IMG/VR virus record: IMGVR_UViG_645948499_000001
Span: 1 to 64,000 of that record
Source of the DNA: a virus
Lineage: Duplodnaviria; Caudoviricetes
Strand: one strand, 5' to 3'
Length of the DNA stretch: 64,000 nucleotides
The notes beneath the pieces were generated by a model that was given only the letters and a program-made list of their open reading frames with translations, was not told the origin of the DNA and did no database searches. How positions within the stretch are numbered: position 1 is the stretch's first letter; each line of letters opens with the position of its first letter. A program made the translations under genes and the position numbers. Below, one piece after another: positions 54,016 through 64,000 of this stretch.

Positions 54016-55577
54016 CAGAAGTTCCTTTTAAGCAATCGGTCTACCGTATCGTTGGGGTTGATACTAACACCCTTTTTCGCCTTTGCCGAGTTGATTACTT
54101 TATAGTTGTTTACCAGTTTGTCGTTTTCCAGTTTGGACATCTCCTTTAGGAAGCTATCCCGCACCGTGTCTGCATCCTGAGCCATCTGCTCCATACCTTT
54201 GTTGCCGAGCAAGTCCTGTAGGTTCTTCAGGTAGCTCTTGGCATCGTTACGAAGCCAGGAATCAGCATCAGTGGAGGCAGCAGCAGCAGCGATCAGCTGG
54301 GACGGCACCACGATCTTCCGGCCACCATCGGTAGTCATACCGTTGGTAGACCATTCGATCAGAGTGTCGGCAACCAGACGACGTTCCGACTCCGGCATAC
54401 CGTTCTTGCCCAGCTTCTCCACCGTCTTGGTGACATCTTCCAGCGGAGTCTTGCTCGGCTCAACGAACGGGTTGCGGGCAACCTCGGTTTCGTAGTTCTT
54501 GGTCAGCTGCTTCTGGACTCGACTGAGTTCGGCATTGACTGCGGCCATCTGGTTTTCAGCCTTGGCAGCATCTTCCGGTGCCAGGGAGTCCATACCCTGC
54601 ATGATCTCCAACTGCTTCACACCACGTTGGATAGCAGCAGGGGAAGCACCGCTGTCGGTCAGTGCCTTGACCAGAGCCTGCTTCTCGTTGGTAGCAGAGA
54701 GGTTCGCAGACAAACCAGACGATTGAACTGCTTCCCGGTAGGTAGCTTCCTGGTCAGCATCCATCTGAGTAACGTCCGGCATGCCGGTTTCATCAGTGGG
54801 CAAACCTTGCTCCTTACCGATATCCCGCAGGAGTGCGTTGGCGGTATCCCGACTTTCACGGTACTGGCTTGTGATCTCCAGTACAGCACTGTCAGCCAGC
54901 TTGTTGTCGTTCCGCTCACGTGCAGCGTCTTGCCGAACTTCACGTTGGTACGCCAGATTCTCTCGGCCAGCAGTCATGGACAACTGGTGGGATTCCGCAG
55001 CACGGTCAGCAGCAGCCTGAGCACGCTGTTCACCAGCAGCACGGTACTGACGCTGCATCAGGTTGTCCTGGACACCGGCCAGTTCTTTACGGATCTCGCC
55101 CTCGTTGATCAGCTGACGTTCAGCCAGGATTGCATCGACATCCCGACCACGGCCTTGAGCAGCCAAGGTACGGAGTTCGTCTACAACCCCACGCTGATCT
55201 ACTTCAGCCTGCTGATCCTGGAATACCTGCTGTGCAGCAGCATCCTTCTGGAGGGTCTGCCTCCGGTTGAGGATTGCATCGCGGGTTGCAGCACGGTCCA
55301 AGCGCATGCCCAAAGCGTCACGCTGACCGGCCAAACCAGCAACGAAATCAGGGTCTTGGAGTTGGGCCAGGTCAGCCGAAGCAACCTGATCCAGATAATT
55401 TTGCGTGTTGGCTTCACGCTGTACACCGGCATTCGCCACGGCCATCTCTTGCTGTTGCTTGATGATGTCGCCGAGCGAAGCCAGTGCAGATTGGACACCG
55501 GTAGTCCCGGCAGTCATCGAACGAGCACTGCCGGGGGTTACCGTTGCACCAATGTTACGCCAAGTGATAGGCGGCAT
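54015..55577 (-). CDS. Ejection protein (N4 gp51-like)
   Basis: PITWRNI N-terminus, helical, directly upstream of vRNAP. Confidence 0.8.
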   Translation of the reverse strand: MPPITWRNIGATVTPGSARSMTAGTTGVQSALASLGDIIKQQQEMAVANAGVQREANTQNYLDQVASADLAQLQDPDFVAGLAGQRDALGMRLDRAATRDAILNRRQTLQKDAAAQQVFQDQQAEVDQRGVVDELRTLAAQGRGRDVDAILAERQLINEGEIRKELAGVQDNLMQRQYRAAGEQRAQAAADRAAESHQLSMTAGRENLAYQREVRQDAARERNDNKLADSAVLEITSQYRESRDTANALLRDIGKEQGLPTDETGMPDVTQMDADQEATYREAVQSSGLSANLSATNEKQALVKALTDSGASPAAIQRGVKQLEIMQGMDSLAPEDAAKAENQMAAVNAELSRVQKQLTKNYETEVARNPFVEPSKTPLEDVTKTVEKLGKNGMPESERRLVADTLIEWSTNGMTTDGGRKIVVPSQLIAAAAASTDADSWLRNDAKSYLKNLQDLLGNKGMEQMAQDADTVRDSFLKEMSKLENDKLVNNYKVINSAKAKKGVSINPNDTVDRLLKRNF

Positions 55578-56047
55578 TAGCGAATCCGATTCCGTTCCAT
55601 GTACTTGTCTACGGACTCATACGCACCAGCGTTAGAGGCCACCCGAGCACGTTGACGATCTTCCATCTGGGTATTGATGGATTGACGTTGAGCACCGAAG
55701 TTCAGGTCGAACTGACGACGGCTCTCTGCCAATTGGTCTCGTGCAAACTTCTCTTGGCGTTTGCCAGCTTGCATGCCCATCAGGGCTTGGCCGATTCCGA
55801 GTGCGGGCATTACCCAGCCACCGGTACGGGCACCAGATTCGGATACACCACCGAACATGGATTCCTGGTTGAAGAATCCGCCGAAGCCAGACATCAGATT
55901 GGCCAGTCCCTGGGCAGGAGCAGCTTCTGCGCCCACGTTGATGCTGGGCATCTGAATGTTGGTCTGGGGTCCACCCAAACCAAAGGAGCCAAGAGTGGAC
56001 AGGTCCAACTCTACTCCGAAGGGGTTGTTGCTATACGGATACGCCAT
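55577..56047 (-). CDS. Ejection protein (N4 gp52-like)
   Basis: Gly-rich hydrophobic segment, INTQMEDRQRARVAS motif, synteny. Confidence 0.8.
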   Translation of the reverse strand: MAYPYSNNPFGVELDLSTLGSFGLGGPQTNIQMPSINVGAEAAPAQGLANLMSGFGGFFNQESMFGGVSESGARTGGWVMPALGIGQALMGMQAGKRQEKFARDQLAESRRQFDLNFGAQRQSINTQMEDRQRARVASNAGAYESVDKYMERNRIR

Positions 56048-58250
56048 AGCCGTTCACCTCGTTGATGGTTTCATTGATATCAGGGAGGGTGAGCTTGGTT
56101 GCAACGAAGTGTTGTGCCACATCCAAGCTTGCCGCCCCTATGTTGCCAGTATGGATTGTTCGCTGGAAGAAGTCTCCTGGGGTTTCCCCCGGAATGATTG
56201 CCGGGGACATATGCATTACGTCCAGCGGTCCAAGGAGAGGGGTTTTACCCAAACCAAGTTCCTTAGCAGTTTCGTCCAGTCCCGCCATCATATCATCGAA
56301 AGTAGCCAACTCTGCGGAGATGTCCTTCATCAACTGAGCCATCTCAGCCTGGAAATCCTGGGATGCAGTCTTGGCCATATTAGAACTGATAGCCATAAGG
56401 TTCTCACTCCAGGTGGCTTCGGTACTCATACCGTAAGCACTCACAGCCATGAGGAGAACAGCAGTCAGCAGACCCAGTTCAGCACCTACGGTCTTCACGA
56501 ACAACTTCACACCGTAGTCGATGGCGATAGCAGTAACGACCATCTGTAGAATAGTGATAGCCAGTGCTGTAGCACCAAGTGCAGCTGCTGCCATGATGGT
56601 TTGCCATGCCTGTCCGAGAGTGAACACGGTCACCACAATAGCTACTGCAATCAAGATGATCTTGAAGAAAGTGCTGGAGTACCAAGGAGCCTTGATAATG
56701 GTCAGGGTATTCACGCACATGTGCAGAGCACGAGCGAGCAACTTCTCCTTACCTCGTACAGACAGCTGATCCACGATGGCTTTATCCAACGGGAACAGCA
56801 ATTCCTTGGCTCCTGGACCAGCTACATGCCCTTTCTTGTGGGTAACCCGATAGTGCAGCTGCGGGTTGAAGATGGTCACCTCTTCATACACAGCATCCAA
56901 TACTTGCTTCTGATATCGGTAGGCAGGCTGAATAGTGGATAGCAAACCAGAACTGTTCTCTGCTGTCAGTTGCTTGCCAGTGAACTTACCTACTGGAGCT
57001 ACCTTGCCAGTCTTCCGTTCAAACTTGATACCGGAATAACTGAAGTCCATTCCGAAATGCTTGTCCTGAATGGTGATCACCTGGTCTAGAGCATTGGAAT
57101 AGTCACCGAATTTGTCGGGCAATCCTTGTGCTTTTTGCCGTTGCCTGATGCCATTGTGATAAAGCCAGGCACAGTATTCGAACAGGTAGTTCTGGTCGTA
57201 CTGCTCCTCAGAACCTGGGTTGACTCCCATGAACAGGATGGACTGTTGAACATCCTGCAAGTTGGGGTCCAACTGAACAGTATCCATCAGCTTCTCATAG
57301 TCAGCCCCCAAATAGCGGCACCACTTCTTGCAGTCCCAGAATGCTTTAGCGCCCTGGGCTTGAGCAGGTAGCTTGTTGAAATGGAAATACGCCCACGGGT
57401 AGTAAGTACCTGCGGCTTCGTACTTGATGGTGAACACTCCATCGATATCCGGGTAAGTTCCACTACCCTGCTTGTATGTGAAGAAGCCCACAGTGCCATT
57501 GCTTCGCCGGAACCGAACTTGGTGGTAGTCCGCTTCCAGATCCATGAGCATATCGATTCGATGAGTACCTTTCTGGATTACACCATTTGAGTCCTTCCAC
57601 TCATAGGTGATGATCACGTAATCCGTAGTGTTGGCCGACTGCTTGTAAGGACTCTGGTTTGCATACTGACCCATACCCCCAACTGTGTTGTAAGGCCGGG
57701 AAGGGGTTACACCAGAGAGAGGGCTGAAGCCCCAGTTCTCCAACAAACCAAGGGTAAACACGTCCTTGTTCCAATCCAGAGTGTCCTTGGAGTAATAAGG
57801 CACTATGTCATACAGGTATACCTGTCCACGGCCAGCTTCCAAACCAGGAAGTCTATTGGTCACCGGGTTCCATTGCCACAGACGGATGCACTCGGTGTAG
57901 GCCCAATGGATGGAGTTCAGTGCCCCATAGTTGTTGTAGTAGGTAGTGATCGGTCCCTCACTTCTGGCGATGGTTTGAGCAACGATCTGCCGTGCATCAA
58001 TGCCACTGAGGATCTTGCTCTGGGGCATACCCCAGAAGTAGTCATTGGACTTTGCCCAGTTGTACCCGACATCCGCACGGATGCCCAAACTTCCCGAAGT
58101 CTGCTCCAGCATGTATTCGACGAGATCATCACCAGCCATGATTCCTTTGATGATCCCCGACTTAGGGGAATCAGGAATCGATGCCTCTTCGAATACACGT
58201 TGAACGGTGGTATTCACAATCACCTTCTTCTTTACACTGAAGATTCCCAT
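56031..58250 (-). CDS. Virion structural protein (N4 gp53-like) with hydrophobic C-terminus
   Basis: GAGG RBS before MGIFS; WY...FFKII hydrophobic block; synteny. Confidence 0.82.
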   Translation of the reverse strand: MGIFSVKKKVIVNTTVQRVFEEASIPDSPKSGIIKGIMAGDDLVEYMLEQTSGSLGIRADVGYNWAKSNDYFWGMPQSKILSGIDARQIVAQTIARSEGPITTYYNNYGALNSIHWAYTECIRLWQWNPVTNRLPGLEAGRGQVYLYDIVPYYSKDTLDWNKDVFTLGLLENWGFSPLSGVTPSRPYNTVGGMGQYANQSPYKQSANTTDYVIITYEWKDSNGVIQKGTHRIDMLMDLEADYHQVRFRRSNGTVGFFTYKQGSGTYPDIDGVFTIKYEAAGTYYPWAYFHFNKLPAQAQGAKAFWDCKKWCRYLGADYEKLMDTVQLDPNLQDVQQSILFMGVNPGSEEQYDQNYLFEYCAWLYHNGIRQRQKAQGLPDKFGDYSNALDQVITIQDKHFGMDFSYSGIKFERKTGKVAPVGKFTGKQLTAENSSGLLSTIQPAYRYQKQVLDAVYEEVTIFNPQLHYRVTHKKGHVAGPGAKELLFPLDKAIVDQLSVRGKEKLLARALHMCVNTLTIIKAPWYSSTFFKIILIAVAIVVTVFTLGQAWQTIMAAAALGATALAITILQMVVTAIAIDYGVKLFVKTVGAELGLLTAVLLMAVSAYGMSTEATWSENLMAISSNMAKTASQDFQAEMAQLMKDISAELATFDDMMAGLDETAKELGLGKTPLLGPLDVMHMSPAIIPGETPGDFFQRTIHTGNIGAASLDVAQHFVATKLTLPDINETINEVNGYGVSV

Positions 58251-58262
58251 ATTCGCCTCATG

Positions 58263-58286
58263 AAAAAGGGGGACCGAAGTCCCCCT
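58263..58286 (-). terminator. Intrinsic terminator
   Basis: Minus strand AGGGGGAC-TTCG-GTCCCCCT-TTTT. Confidence 0.85.
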
Positions 58287-58303
58287 AGTGTACACCTAAC
58301 TGG

Positions 58304-59269
58304 TTAAGCCCCTGCACCAGTGAGCAGCTTGTTGATAGCCCTCCCGATGTTCGGGTCGAACAGACCGTTGGTCTGGTCAGCCACAGTACCTTCGTCGGTA
58401 GTACGACGAACGTTCCAGGAGTCCACCAGGATCTTCGCAGCCTTCTGTTCAGCATCCCGTTTGAACCCTTCGGACTGAGCAAGGTACAGAGCCTTCTGCC
58501 GACCAATGACAGAATCCGGATCAGTACCGGAAGCAACAGTCTGTGCCCGCTCGGTATTGGTCTTCTGCTGAACCAGTGCAGTCTGTGCAGTGGTACTCAG
58601 CTTCTGTTCCATGGTCAGGTCGTACTGAGCCTTGAGCAGACACTCCTGGGCAACCAGGTTAAGCAGTTCCTGCTTCGCATTGAGGATCTGCTGTGTCAGT
58701 TGCTCAGCCTGTTTCAGAATGACCGTGTTCTGCGATACCAGGTTCTTGGTTTCCTGGTCCACACGCTTGGTAGTTGCCTGTACTTGCAGGTCTTGGAAAC
58801 CTTGACTGGTGATCTCAGCATCCAACTTACGGATCTGAGCAGCAGGCATCTTGGTCTGCTCTTGGGTCAACAGGTCTTGGAAACCAGCAGACTTGATCTG
58901 CGACTCGGGTAGCTTGGCTTGTTCCAGAGTCAGCTTGACCTTGGCCTTGATCAGTTCAGCGTCGTGCTCTTCCTTCTCGATCTGCTTATCCAGCAACTCA
59001 CCTTGTTTCTCGGTGAGTTTGATCTGAGCTTCGATCAGAGCAGCCTTGTTGGCTGCTTCATCCTTCTGAAGCAGGAAGACCACAGCATTCTGAAGAATGG
59101 CTGCGATACCTGCGGAGAGAACCTGTCCGTACTCCTGGTCTTTCATCCGACCTTTGGAGCGTTCCTCAGACAGGTGATTCCGCAGTGCCTGCATCAGCTG
59201 ATCGAACGCACCTTCACCGGTGATCTTGACCTCGGTCAAGTCCTTCAGTGTGATGGGTTGGGCAGCCAT
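58304..59269 (-). CDS. Virion tail/structural protein (N4 gp54-like)
   Basis: G.GAFDQLM, GR...[22 protein letters not shown]. Confidence 0.85.
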   Translation of the reverse strand: MAAQPITLKDLTEVKITGEGAFDQLMQALRNHLSEERSKGRMKDQEYGQVLSAGIAAILQNAVVFLLQKDEAANKAALIEAQIKLTEKQGELLDKQIEKEEHDAELIKAKVKLTLEQAKLPESQIKSAGFQDLLTQEQTKMPAAQIRKLDAEITSQGFQDLQVQATTKRVDQETKNLVSQNTVILKQAEQLTQQILNAKQELLNLVAQECLLKAQYDLTMEQKLSTTAQTALVQQKTNTERAQTVASGTDPDSVIGRQKALYLAQSEGFKRDAEQKAAKILVDSWNVRRTTDEGTVADQTNGLFDPNIGRAINKLLTGAGA

Positions 59270-59279
59270 GGCTTACTCC

Positions 59280-59918
59280 TTACTCTACCGAACCACGAGC
59301 AGCTTGTGCTTTACGCAGGTCTTCCAGTTCCTCATTGGTGAGGGGCGGAAGAACTTCGACGGCGAACTCACGAACCTGCTTGGAGGTACGGTAGGTCTTA
59401 CCGGTGCTCGAATCCTTGGCGTTGTAGAAGTGCTGGTAGTGACGGGCCTTGATCATGTTGAGCAGGGCTGCTTCGACGTGCCAGTCGGTTTCGAACGGAA
59501 CGCAGCGACGCAGAGTGCCCACGATGTCGTTACCGAAGGTGAAGATCTCGCTTTCCCACTCGGTCTTGTTCGGGTTGTGGCAGGTGATGCGGCAGCGAAC
59601 CAGCTTGCGTGCTTCGTTACGCAGACGGCGCTTGCGTTGGTTCGGGGTTTCGGCTTCTTCGGCGGCAGCGGCCAAAGCAGTGGGTTGCGGGATGGCGGAT
59701 TCGGACACTTCTTCTTCCTCGTCTTCTACGGTGTTGCCTTCGATGGCAGCATTGACCATGGCACGGAGCTTGTCCACGCCGGTGTTGGAACGGAACTTCA
59801 GACCCAGTTGGGTAGCACGTTCTTGCAGGACTTCCAGTTCGGAACGCTGCGGCAGAGAAGCCGGATCTTCTTCGGTGGGATCTTGGACTTCGTTGTTCAG
59901 GGCGTTGTCGAGAGACAT
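59280..59918 (-). CDS. N4 gp55-like protein
   Basis: KLVRCRITCHNPNK, EFAVEVLPPLT..EL. Confidence 0.85.
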   Translation of the reverse strand: MSLDNALNNEVQDPTEEDPASLPQRSELEVLQERATQLGLKFRSNTGVDKLRAMVNAAIEGNTVEDEEEEVSESAIPQPTALAAAAEEAETPNQRKRRLRNEARKLVRCRITCHNPNKTEWESEIFTFGNDIVGTLRRCVPFETDWHVEAALLNMIKARHYQHFYNAKDSSTGKTYRTSKQVREFAVEVLPPLTNEELEDLRKAQAARGSVE

Positions 59919-59942
59919 GGTTTGATTCCTCTGGGCGGAGTT

Positions 59943-59967
59943 AAAAAAGGGGAGGTTTCCCTCCCCT
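59943..59967 (-). terminator. Terminator after the major capsid gene
   Basis: Minus strand AGGGGAGG-GAAA-CCTCCCCT-TTTTT. Confidence 0.85.
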
Positions 59968-59977
59968 CCAGCCTACC

Positions 59978-61171
59978 TTACAGGCGGGCTACGGTCTTGA
60001 TCAGCGCGATCCATTCCGGACGGTACACCATGAAGCCGTAGTACCACTTGATGGACATGAAGCCCATCTCGCCGTAGGGATCCAGGCGGTCAGCAGTAGC
60101 TTCGCCGGGCTTCTTGTTGTAGATCTTGAACTTGACGTTCTTGCCATCGGTCTGGAAGCCGACAGTGGTGAACGCTTCGGACGAGATCACCAGCATCGGG
60201 AAGATGCTGTACTTGTCGTTGAAGTCATGGTAGCCGTCGGCGGTCGGATCGACTGCCTTACCGGCTCCCTGCCAGTGCATCATCTGCGGGTTGATGATGA
60301 TGCGGAACTGGTCGATTGCACCGATCTCGCCGATGAAGGTGTTGCCGCCGGCAGCGTACTTCTCGATGGAGATGAACGCCGGATTGCCGTGGTTGTCCTT
60401 CATGGCTTTCAGGGTCGGGATCAGTTCACTGCCGCAGTACAGCGGACGGCAACCCGGAATGGTGCGGGTGTCGATCATCCGGGTACCGGTGATCATCTTG
60501 GTGCCCTTCGGGGCGCGGTTGTTGTCCAGGTCGATGTTGAGGCGCATCAGGGAGTCGTAGGTGACTTCCGTGGTGGCATCCACTTCGCTGTCCTGGGTAG
60601 CTGCGCCCGGATAACGGACGACGCCGGCGCTGTTCAGCAGATCGATCTGGAGCAGGTCTTCGGTCATCTCGTTGGCGCCTTTCAGCATCTCGCGCCCAAC
60701 GTGCATGTCCAGTTCTGCATCGCTATCGAAGTCCAGCGATTCCTGAGTGTACTCACGGAAGAAGCCGTACTTTTCCAGCTTGCCTTCGAGCAGAACACGC
60801 TTGAAGCCAACACGGTTCACACGACCGCCGACTTCGGTGAGGGTCGGCATCTTGCCGACGATGGTGCCCACGTCACGGCTCGAACCATACAGGTTGCCGT
60901 TGGCGATGGTGGCGCCGGAAGCGTCGATACCCTGGTCGTTGATGTTGCGGTCGTCGAGCAGCGGGATGTAGTGCATGCGGACGATCTTCTTGCCGTAGTG
61001 TTTCGGCATGCCGAAGACGGAAGCCAGCTGACCGAAGTACGCTTCTTTACGGGCGTCGATCAGAGCTTGTTTCATCCAGTATTGGGTCTGCGTTTGCGGA
61101 CCGATACTGGACTCTACCCCGCCCGCAGGGTCGTTGTACTTACCGGGCTTGTACGGATCTGGAGCGGCCAT
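59978..61171 (-). CDS. Major capsid protein (N4 gp56 family)
   Basis: YIPLLDDRNINDQGIDA, NGNLYGSS, GGRVNRVGF, DPYGE.GFMSIKWYYG. Confidence 0.96.
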   Translation of the reverse strand: MAAPDPYKPGKYNDPAGGVESSIGPQTQTQYWMKQALIDARKEAYFGQLASVFGMPKHYGKKIVRMHYIPLLDDRNINDQGIDASGATIANGNLYGSSRDVGTIVGKMPTLTEVGGRVNRVGFKRVLLEGKLEKYGFFREYTQESLDFDSDAELDMHVGREMLKGANEMTEDLLQIDLLNSAGVVRYPGAATQDSEVDATTEVTYDSLMRLNIDLDNNRAPKGTKMITGTRMIDTRTIPGCRPLYCGSELIPTLKAMKDNHGNPAFISIEKYAAGGNTFIGEIGAIDQFRIIINPQMMHWQGAGKAVDPTADGYHDFNDKYSIFPMLVISSEAFTTVGFQTDGKNVKFKIYNKKPGEATADRLDPYGEMGFMSIKWYYGFMVYRPEWIALIKTVARL

Positions 61172-61197
61172 TGCTCATTTCCTCTTTCAGTTGCAGT

Positions 61198-62430
61198 TCA
61201 GTGAATATATTTGAAGTGTTGTGCCGGATGCTTCTCGAACTCTTCATCCGACATATCAAGCGGGTTGTAGTTTGCCTGAGTTTTGCGTGGAGTGGAAGAA
61301 GAAGTAGGAGCAGCTGCACGTTTGCGAGCATTAACTGCCGCACTAGCAGGTTTAGCACCAGCAGTAGTGACCTTAACAGGAGCAGCGGGAGTTTTCACTA
61401 CCTGAGCATTGGCCGCAGCTTGTTCGATAGCAGCGAAAGCTCCTTGCTTCTGAAGTTCTTCACCAACTTGCTGGTAAACCTGCAAGTACGGGGCGTTGCT
61501 AACTCGCGGATCCAGAACTTTGCGACGGTTAACTTCGGCATCAATGATGTCGAATACACCGTTGCTCATTTGGCTTTCCATGTAACCCAGAATAGCAGGG
61601 TTCTCAGAGAGCCACTTCTTGGATTGCGAGTCGAATGCCTTGGCAGTGTTAACTACACGAGTGTAGTGCTGCGAATGTTGGATGGAATCCAGTGCATCCG
61701 ACATTGCCTCGGCAACCGGATCGATTTGAACAGCCTGGGGCTTATAGCCTTCGACTTTCTTCTCATCGATATCCAGCGGATCTACCCCTGCACTTTTGGC
61801 CAGGGCAGCAATCGCTTCCGGCTTCTTGTGCTTGAGCAAATCCAAGATCTGCCCCACTGCTTCAGGAGATGCCAGGTCGGCGTCCTCCAACTGTCGCAGC
61901 AGAGCGAGATGCGGCTTGAGTGCCTGCATCTTCTGGTTGTAGTTGGCACCCATCTGGATCAGACGTTGTGCCTCCTCCGCGTTCTTCACCTGGATCTCTC
62001 GACCGTTGGCTTTGAACGGAGCAAGGATGGTATCCCGGAACTTAACTACATCCGCATCGGGAGTAGCAACTTCCTTGGTTTCCTTTTCTTGCTCACTGGC
62101 TTCGGACTTGTCGGCATCCGTAACTTCGGATTCGGCTGGCGCCTCTTTCTCGTTAGCTTCGCCGCCTTCGTCCTCGCCGGGGGTTTCTTCTTCTTCGGCT
62201 GGTTCTTCTTCACCAGCAATCTGACGACCTTGGTCTTCATCGTCGTCATCTTCTTCAGGCTGCACCTGGGCTTCGAGTGCAGCCTGTTCTTGTTCTTCAG
62301 CAGACAAACCAGCAGGAGCAGACTTCTGCTCCTCCGGTTCTTTACCGTCTGCTTCTTCGATCTGTTCACGCACCGATTCGAACTCGGGAAGTTCATCATC
62401 GGGCATATCGAGGAAGTCGAGATCAGCCAT
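61198..62430 (-). CDS. N4 gp57-like scaffold/tape-measure-annotated protein
   Basis: Acidic N-terminus, PFKANG, QMGANY, NPLDMSDEEF; between portal and capsid. Confidence 0.85.
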   Translation of the reverse strand: MADLDFLDMPDDELPEFESVREQIEEADGKEPEEQKSAPAGLSAEEQEQAALEAQVQPEEDDDDEDQGRQIAGEEEPAEEEETPGEDEGGEANEKEAPAESEVTDADKSEASEQEKETKEVATPDADVVKFRDTILAPFKANGREIQVKNAEEAQRLIQMGANYNQKMQALKPHLALLRQLEDADLASPEAVGQILDLLKHKKPEAIAALAKSAGVDPLDIDEKKVEGYKPQAVQIDPVAEAMSDALDSIQHSQHYTRVVNTAKAFDSQSKKWLSENPAILGYMESQMSNGVFDIIDAEVNRRKVLDPRVSNAPYLQVYQQVGEELQKQGAFAAIEQAAANAQVVKTPAAPVKVTTAGAKPASAAVNARKRAAAPTSSSTPRKTQANYNPLDMSDEEFEKHPAQHFKYIH

Positions 62431-62432
62431 GG

Positions 62433-62774
62433 TTATTCACCTGCCTCGTCTGCTTCGGCTTCAGCCTCCAGCAGATCACGTTCGTAGACTTCGATGGCAC
62501 CCTTGGCTTGTTCAGCACGACGTGCCAGGTTCATCAGGAAGTCACGGAAGGAAGAGATGGCTTCGATGTCCCGGAGGTTGGCTTCGGCCATACCTTGGTT
62601 GGACATGTCACTACGACTGTGAACCAGGCGGATGGCTTCTTCTTCCAGATAACCATGACTGACTACCAGTTGGAAGTCGGCGTTCTTACGCAGACGATCC
62701 AGTGCTTCACCAGCTTTGATGTGGTCCTTCAGTTCCTGGACACTGACTTGAATCTCTTGAATGGTCGAATTCAT
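62433..62774 (-). CDS. N4 gp58-like protein
   Basis: AL.RL..N.DF..V...GYLEEEA.RLV; synteny. Confidence 0.8.
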   Translation of the reverse strand: MNSTIQEIQVSVQELKDHIKAGEALDRLRKNADFQLVVSHGYLEEEAIRLVHSRSDMSNQGMAEANLRDIEAISSFRDFLMNLARRAEQAKGAIEVYERDLLEAEAEADEAGE

Positions 62775-62799
62775 TTCGTTTCTCTCTGGTTAAGTGGAC

Positions 62800-62824
62800 A
62801 GAGCCACCGGGTAAGGGTGGCTCT
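62800..62824. other. Intergenic hairpin
   Basis: AGAGCCACC/GGTGGCTCT 9-bp stem, no clear U-tract. Confidence 0.45.
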
Positions 62825-62840
62825 AATATACATAGTTAGT

Positions 62841-64000
62841 TTATCGTTTGGAAGTCCTGGCTACAGTTGCCTCTTCATTGCGGCGGACTATGGAATCCAA
62901 GAGTCTTCCCTGTGCTTGTGCATCAGCTTGTACCCTCGTCTTCTCCAGTTCACGCTCTTGGGTTACACCAGACTCACGTTCCACGAAGTCCAGGTCTGCA
63001 AGGTCCGCTTGACTACCCAAAGCACGAGCCTTTTGCCCTTCAGTGCCAGCTTTGCTGGTGTTGAGGTAACCAGTACTTGCAGCTTGCTGAGCCTTGGCCA
63101 GAGTTTCCTGTACCTGTGCTTCCAGCAGAGCAATCTCCAGTTCAGCCTTACGCTGAGCAATCGGATCCGGTTCGGGCTGGTACTTACGGATGCGGTGTGC
63201 AAGATCCGGCATCTTCTTCAGTTCAGCGATCTCCGAAAGGATCAACTGATTCATACCCCATTCCAGGTTCGGACCCATGGTTTGCAGCATGAAGCTCAAG
63301 TCGGCAACCTTGGCGTTGTCTTCTTCAGCCGTGCTGATACTTAACCGCAAGTCGAACTCACCGGCGAGATCATCACGACGAACAGTGACGAAACCTTCGT
63401 TGGTGATACGAATGACTTCTTCGTCATCCAGGAACTCAGCGTTCATTGCAATGACGCGGCGACCAACTTCGATCAGGCAATCACTCAGCCTACGAAGGAT
63501 ACCGAGTTCCCGCTTCGATGCAGCATCCAGTGCACCACGGATGCCAGTAGCTGTATCCCCCAATGCTTGACCAGAGATGCCGGTGTTGAATGCTTTCACA
63601 CCAGTCATCGACTCAGCTTCCAGTTGCTGCTGGTTCAGCATGTACTCAGCAGAACGGGGAATCTCCTGGAAGGTATGGGTGTAGATCGCAGTAGCAGGGT
63701 TGTTTCCTGGGTTGAACTCGTAGGTTTCACCACGTTCGTACCGACGACGGTTGGTGATATCGAGTGCCCCCTTCTGGAAACCAACTTGACCATTGGCCGA
63801 CTGAGCCATGATGTCGATCATCCCCCGAGAGATGGCACCGACGATCTTCTGGTTGTCGATCAGCAACGAACCATCACTGTCACCGTACACACTGTCCTTC
63901 ACAGGCAGGTATGCAGCAACAACGTAGGGGATCTTACCATCCGGGAACGGGTTCAGTTCCAGACGGATCAGAACCTGACCTACCCAAGTTGCGACAATAG
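62841..64000 (-). CDS. Portal protein (N4 gp59-like), 5' part outside the window
   Basis: Frame open to the window edge (..[12 protein letters not shown]..); [33 protein letters not shown]. Confidence 0.93.
   Translation of the reverse strand, partial: IVATWVGQVLIRLELNPFPDGKIPYVVAAYLPVKDSVYGDSDGSLLIDNQKIVGAISRGMIDIMAQSANGQVGFQKGALDITNRRRYERGETYEFNPGNNPATAIYTHTFQEIPRSAEYMLNQQQLEAESMTGVKAFNTGISGQALGDTATGIRGALDAASKRELGILRRLSDCLIEVGRRVIAMNAEFLDDEEVIRITNEGFVTVRRDDLAGEFDLRLSISTAEEDNAKVADLSFMLQTMGPNLEWGMNQLILSEIAELKKMPDLAHRIRKYQPEPDPIAQRKAELEIALLEAQVQETLAKAQQAASTGYLNTSKAGTEGQKARALGSQADLADLDFVERESGVTQERELEKTRVQADAQAQGRLLDSIVRRNEEATVARTSKR

Noticed and set aside
43885-54105. Very long plus-strand ORFs (941, 739, 695, 521 aa) opposite vRNAP
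   Set aside because: Antisense shadows caused by codon bias of the real gene; no RBS or recognisable motifs

Overview
The window is the left ~64 kb of a lytic N4-like podophage genome (Schitoviridae), most likely a Pseudomonas phage of the LUZ7 type (Luzseptimavirus). That assignment rests on gene order and on ORF 3761-4060, which matches my recollection of the LUZ7 Drc protein; no database search was run. Order: early small-gene region with candidate vRNAP hairpin promoters, Drc, two-subunit RNAP II, an AT-rich paralog island, a LytTR protein, a minus-strand structural pair, ClpX-like, MoxR and vWA-peptidase genes, helicase, family A DNA polymerase, dCMP deaminase, rIIA/rIIB, holin, spanins/endolysin, tail fibres, a palindrome-dense intergenic region, the replication module (nuclease, primase, Sak4-like ATPase, SSB, RuvC), a structured ncRNA candidate, the 3403-aa virion RNAP, ejection/tail proteins, major capsid, scaffold-like protein and a truncated portal. 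The most unusual features are: (1) a six-gene island of two paralog families bracketed by identical hairpin-promoter repeats; (2) a stand-alone AlgR-like LytTR protein; (3) a ClpX derivative lacking the ClpP-docking loop, zinc domain and pore tyrosine, next to a MoxR/vWA pair; (4) two highly structured non-coding loci; (5) a natural Tyr-to-Phe change in vRNAP motif B. All family calls come from motif recognition by eye.
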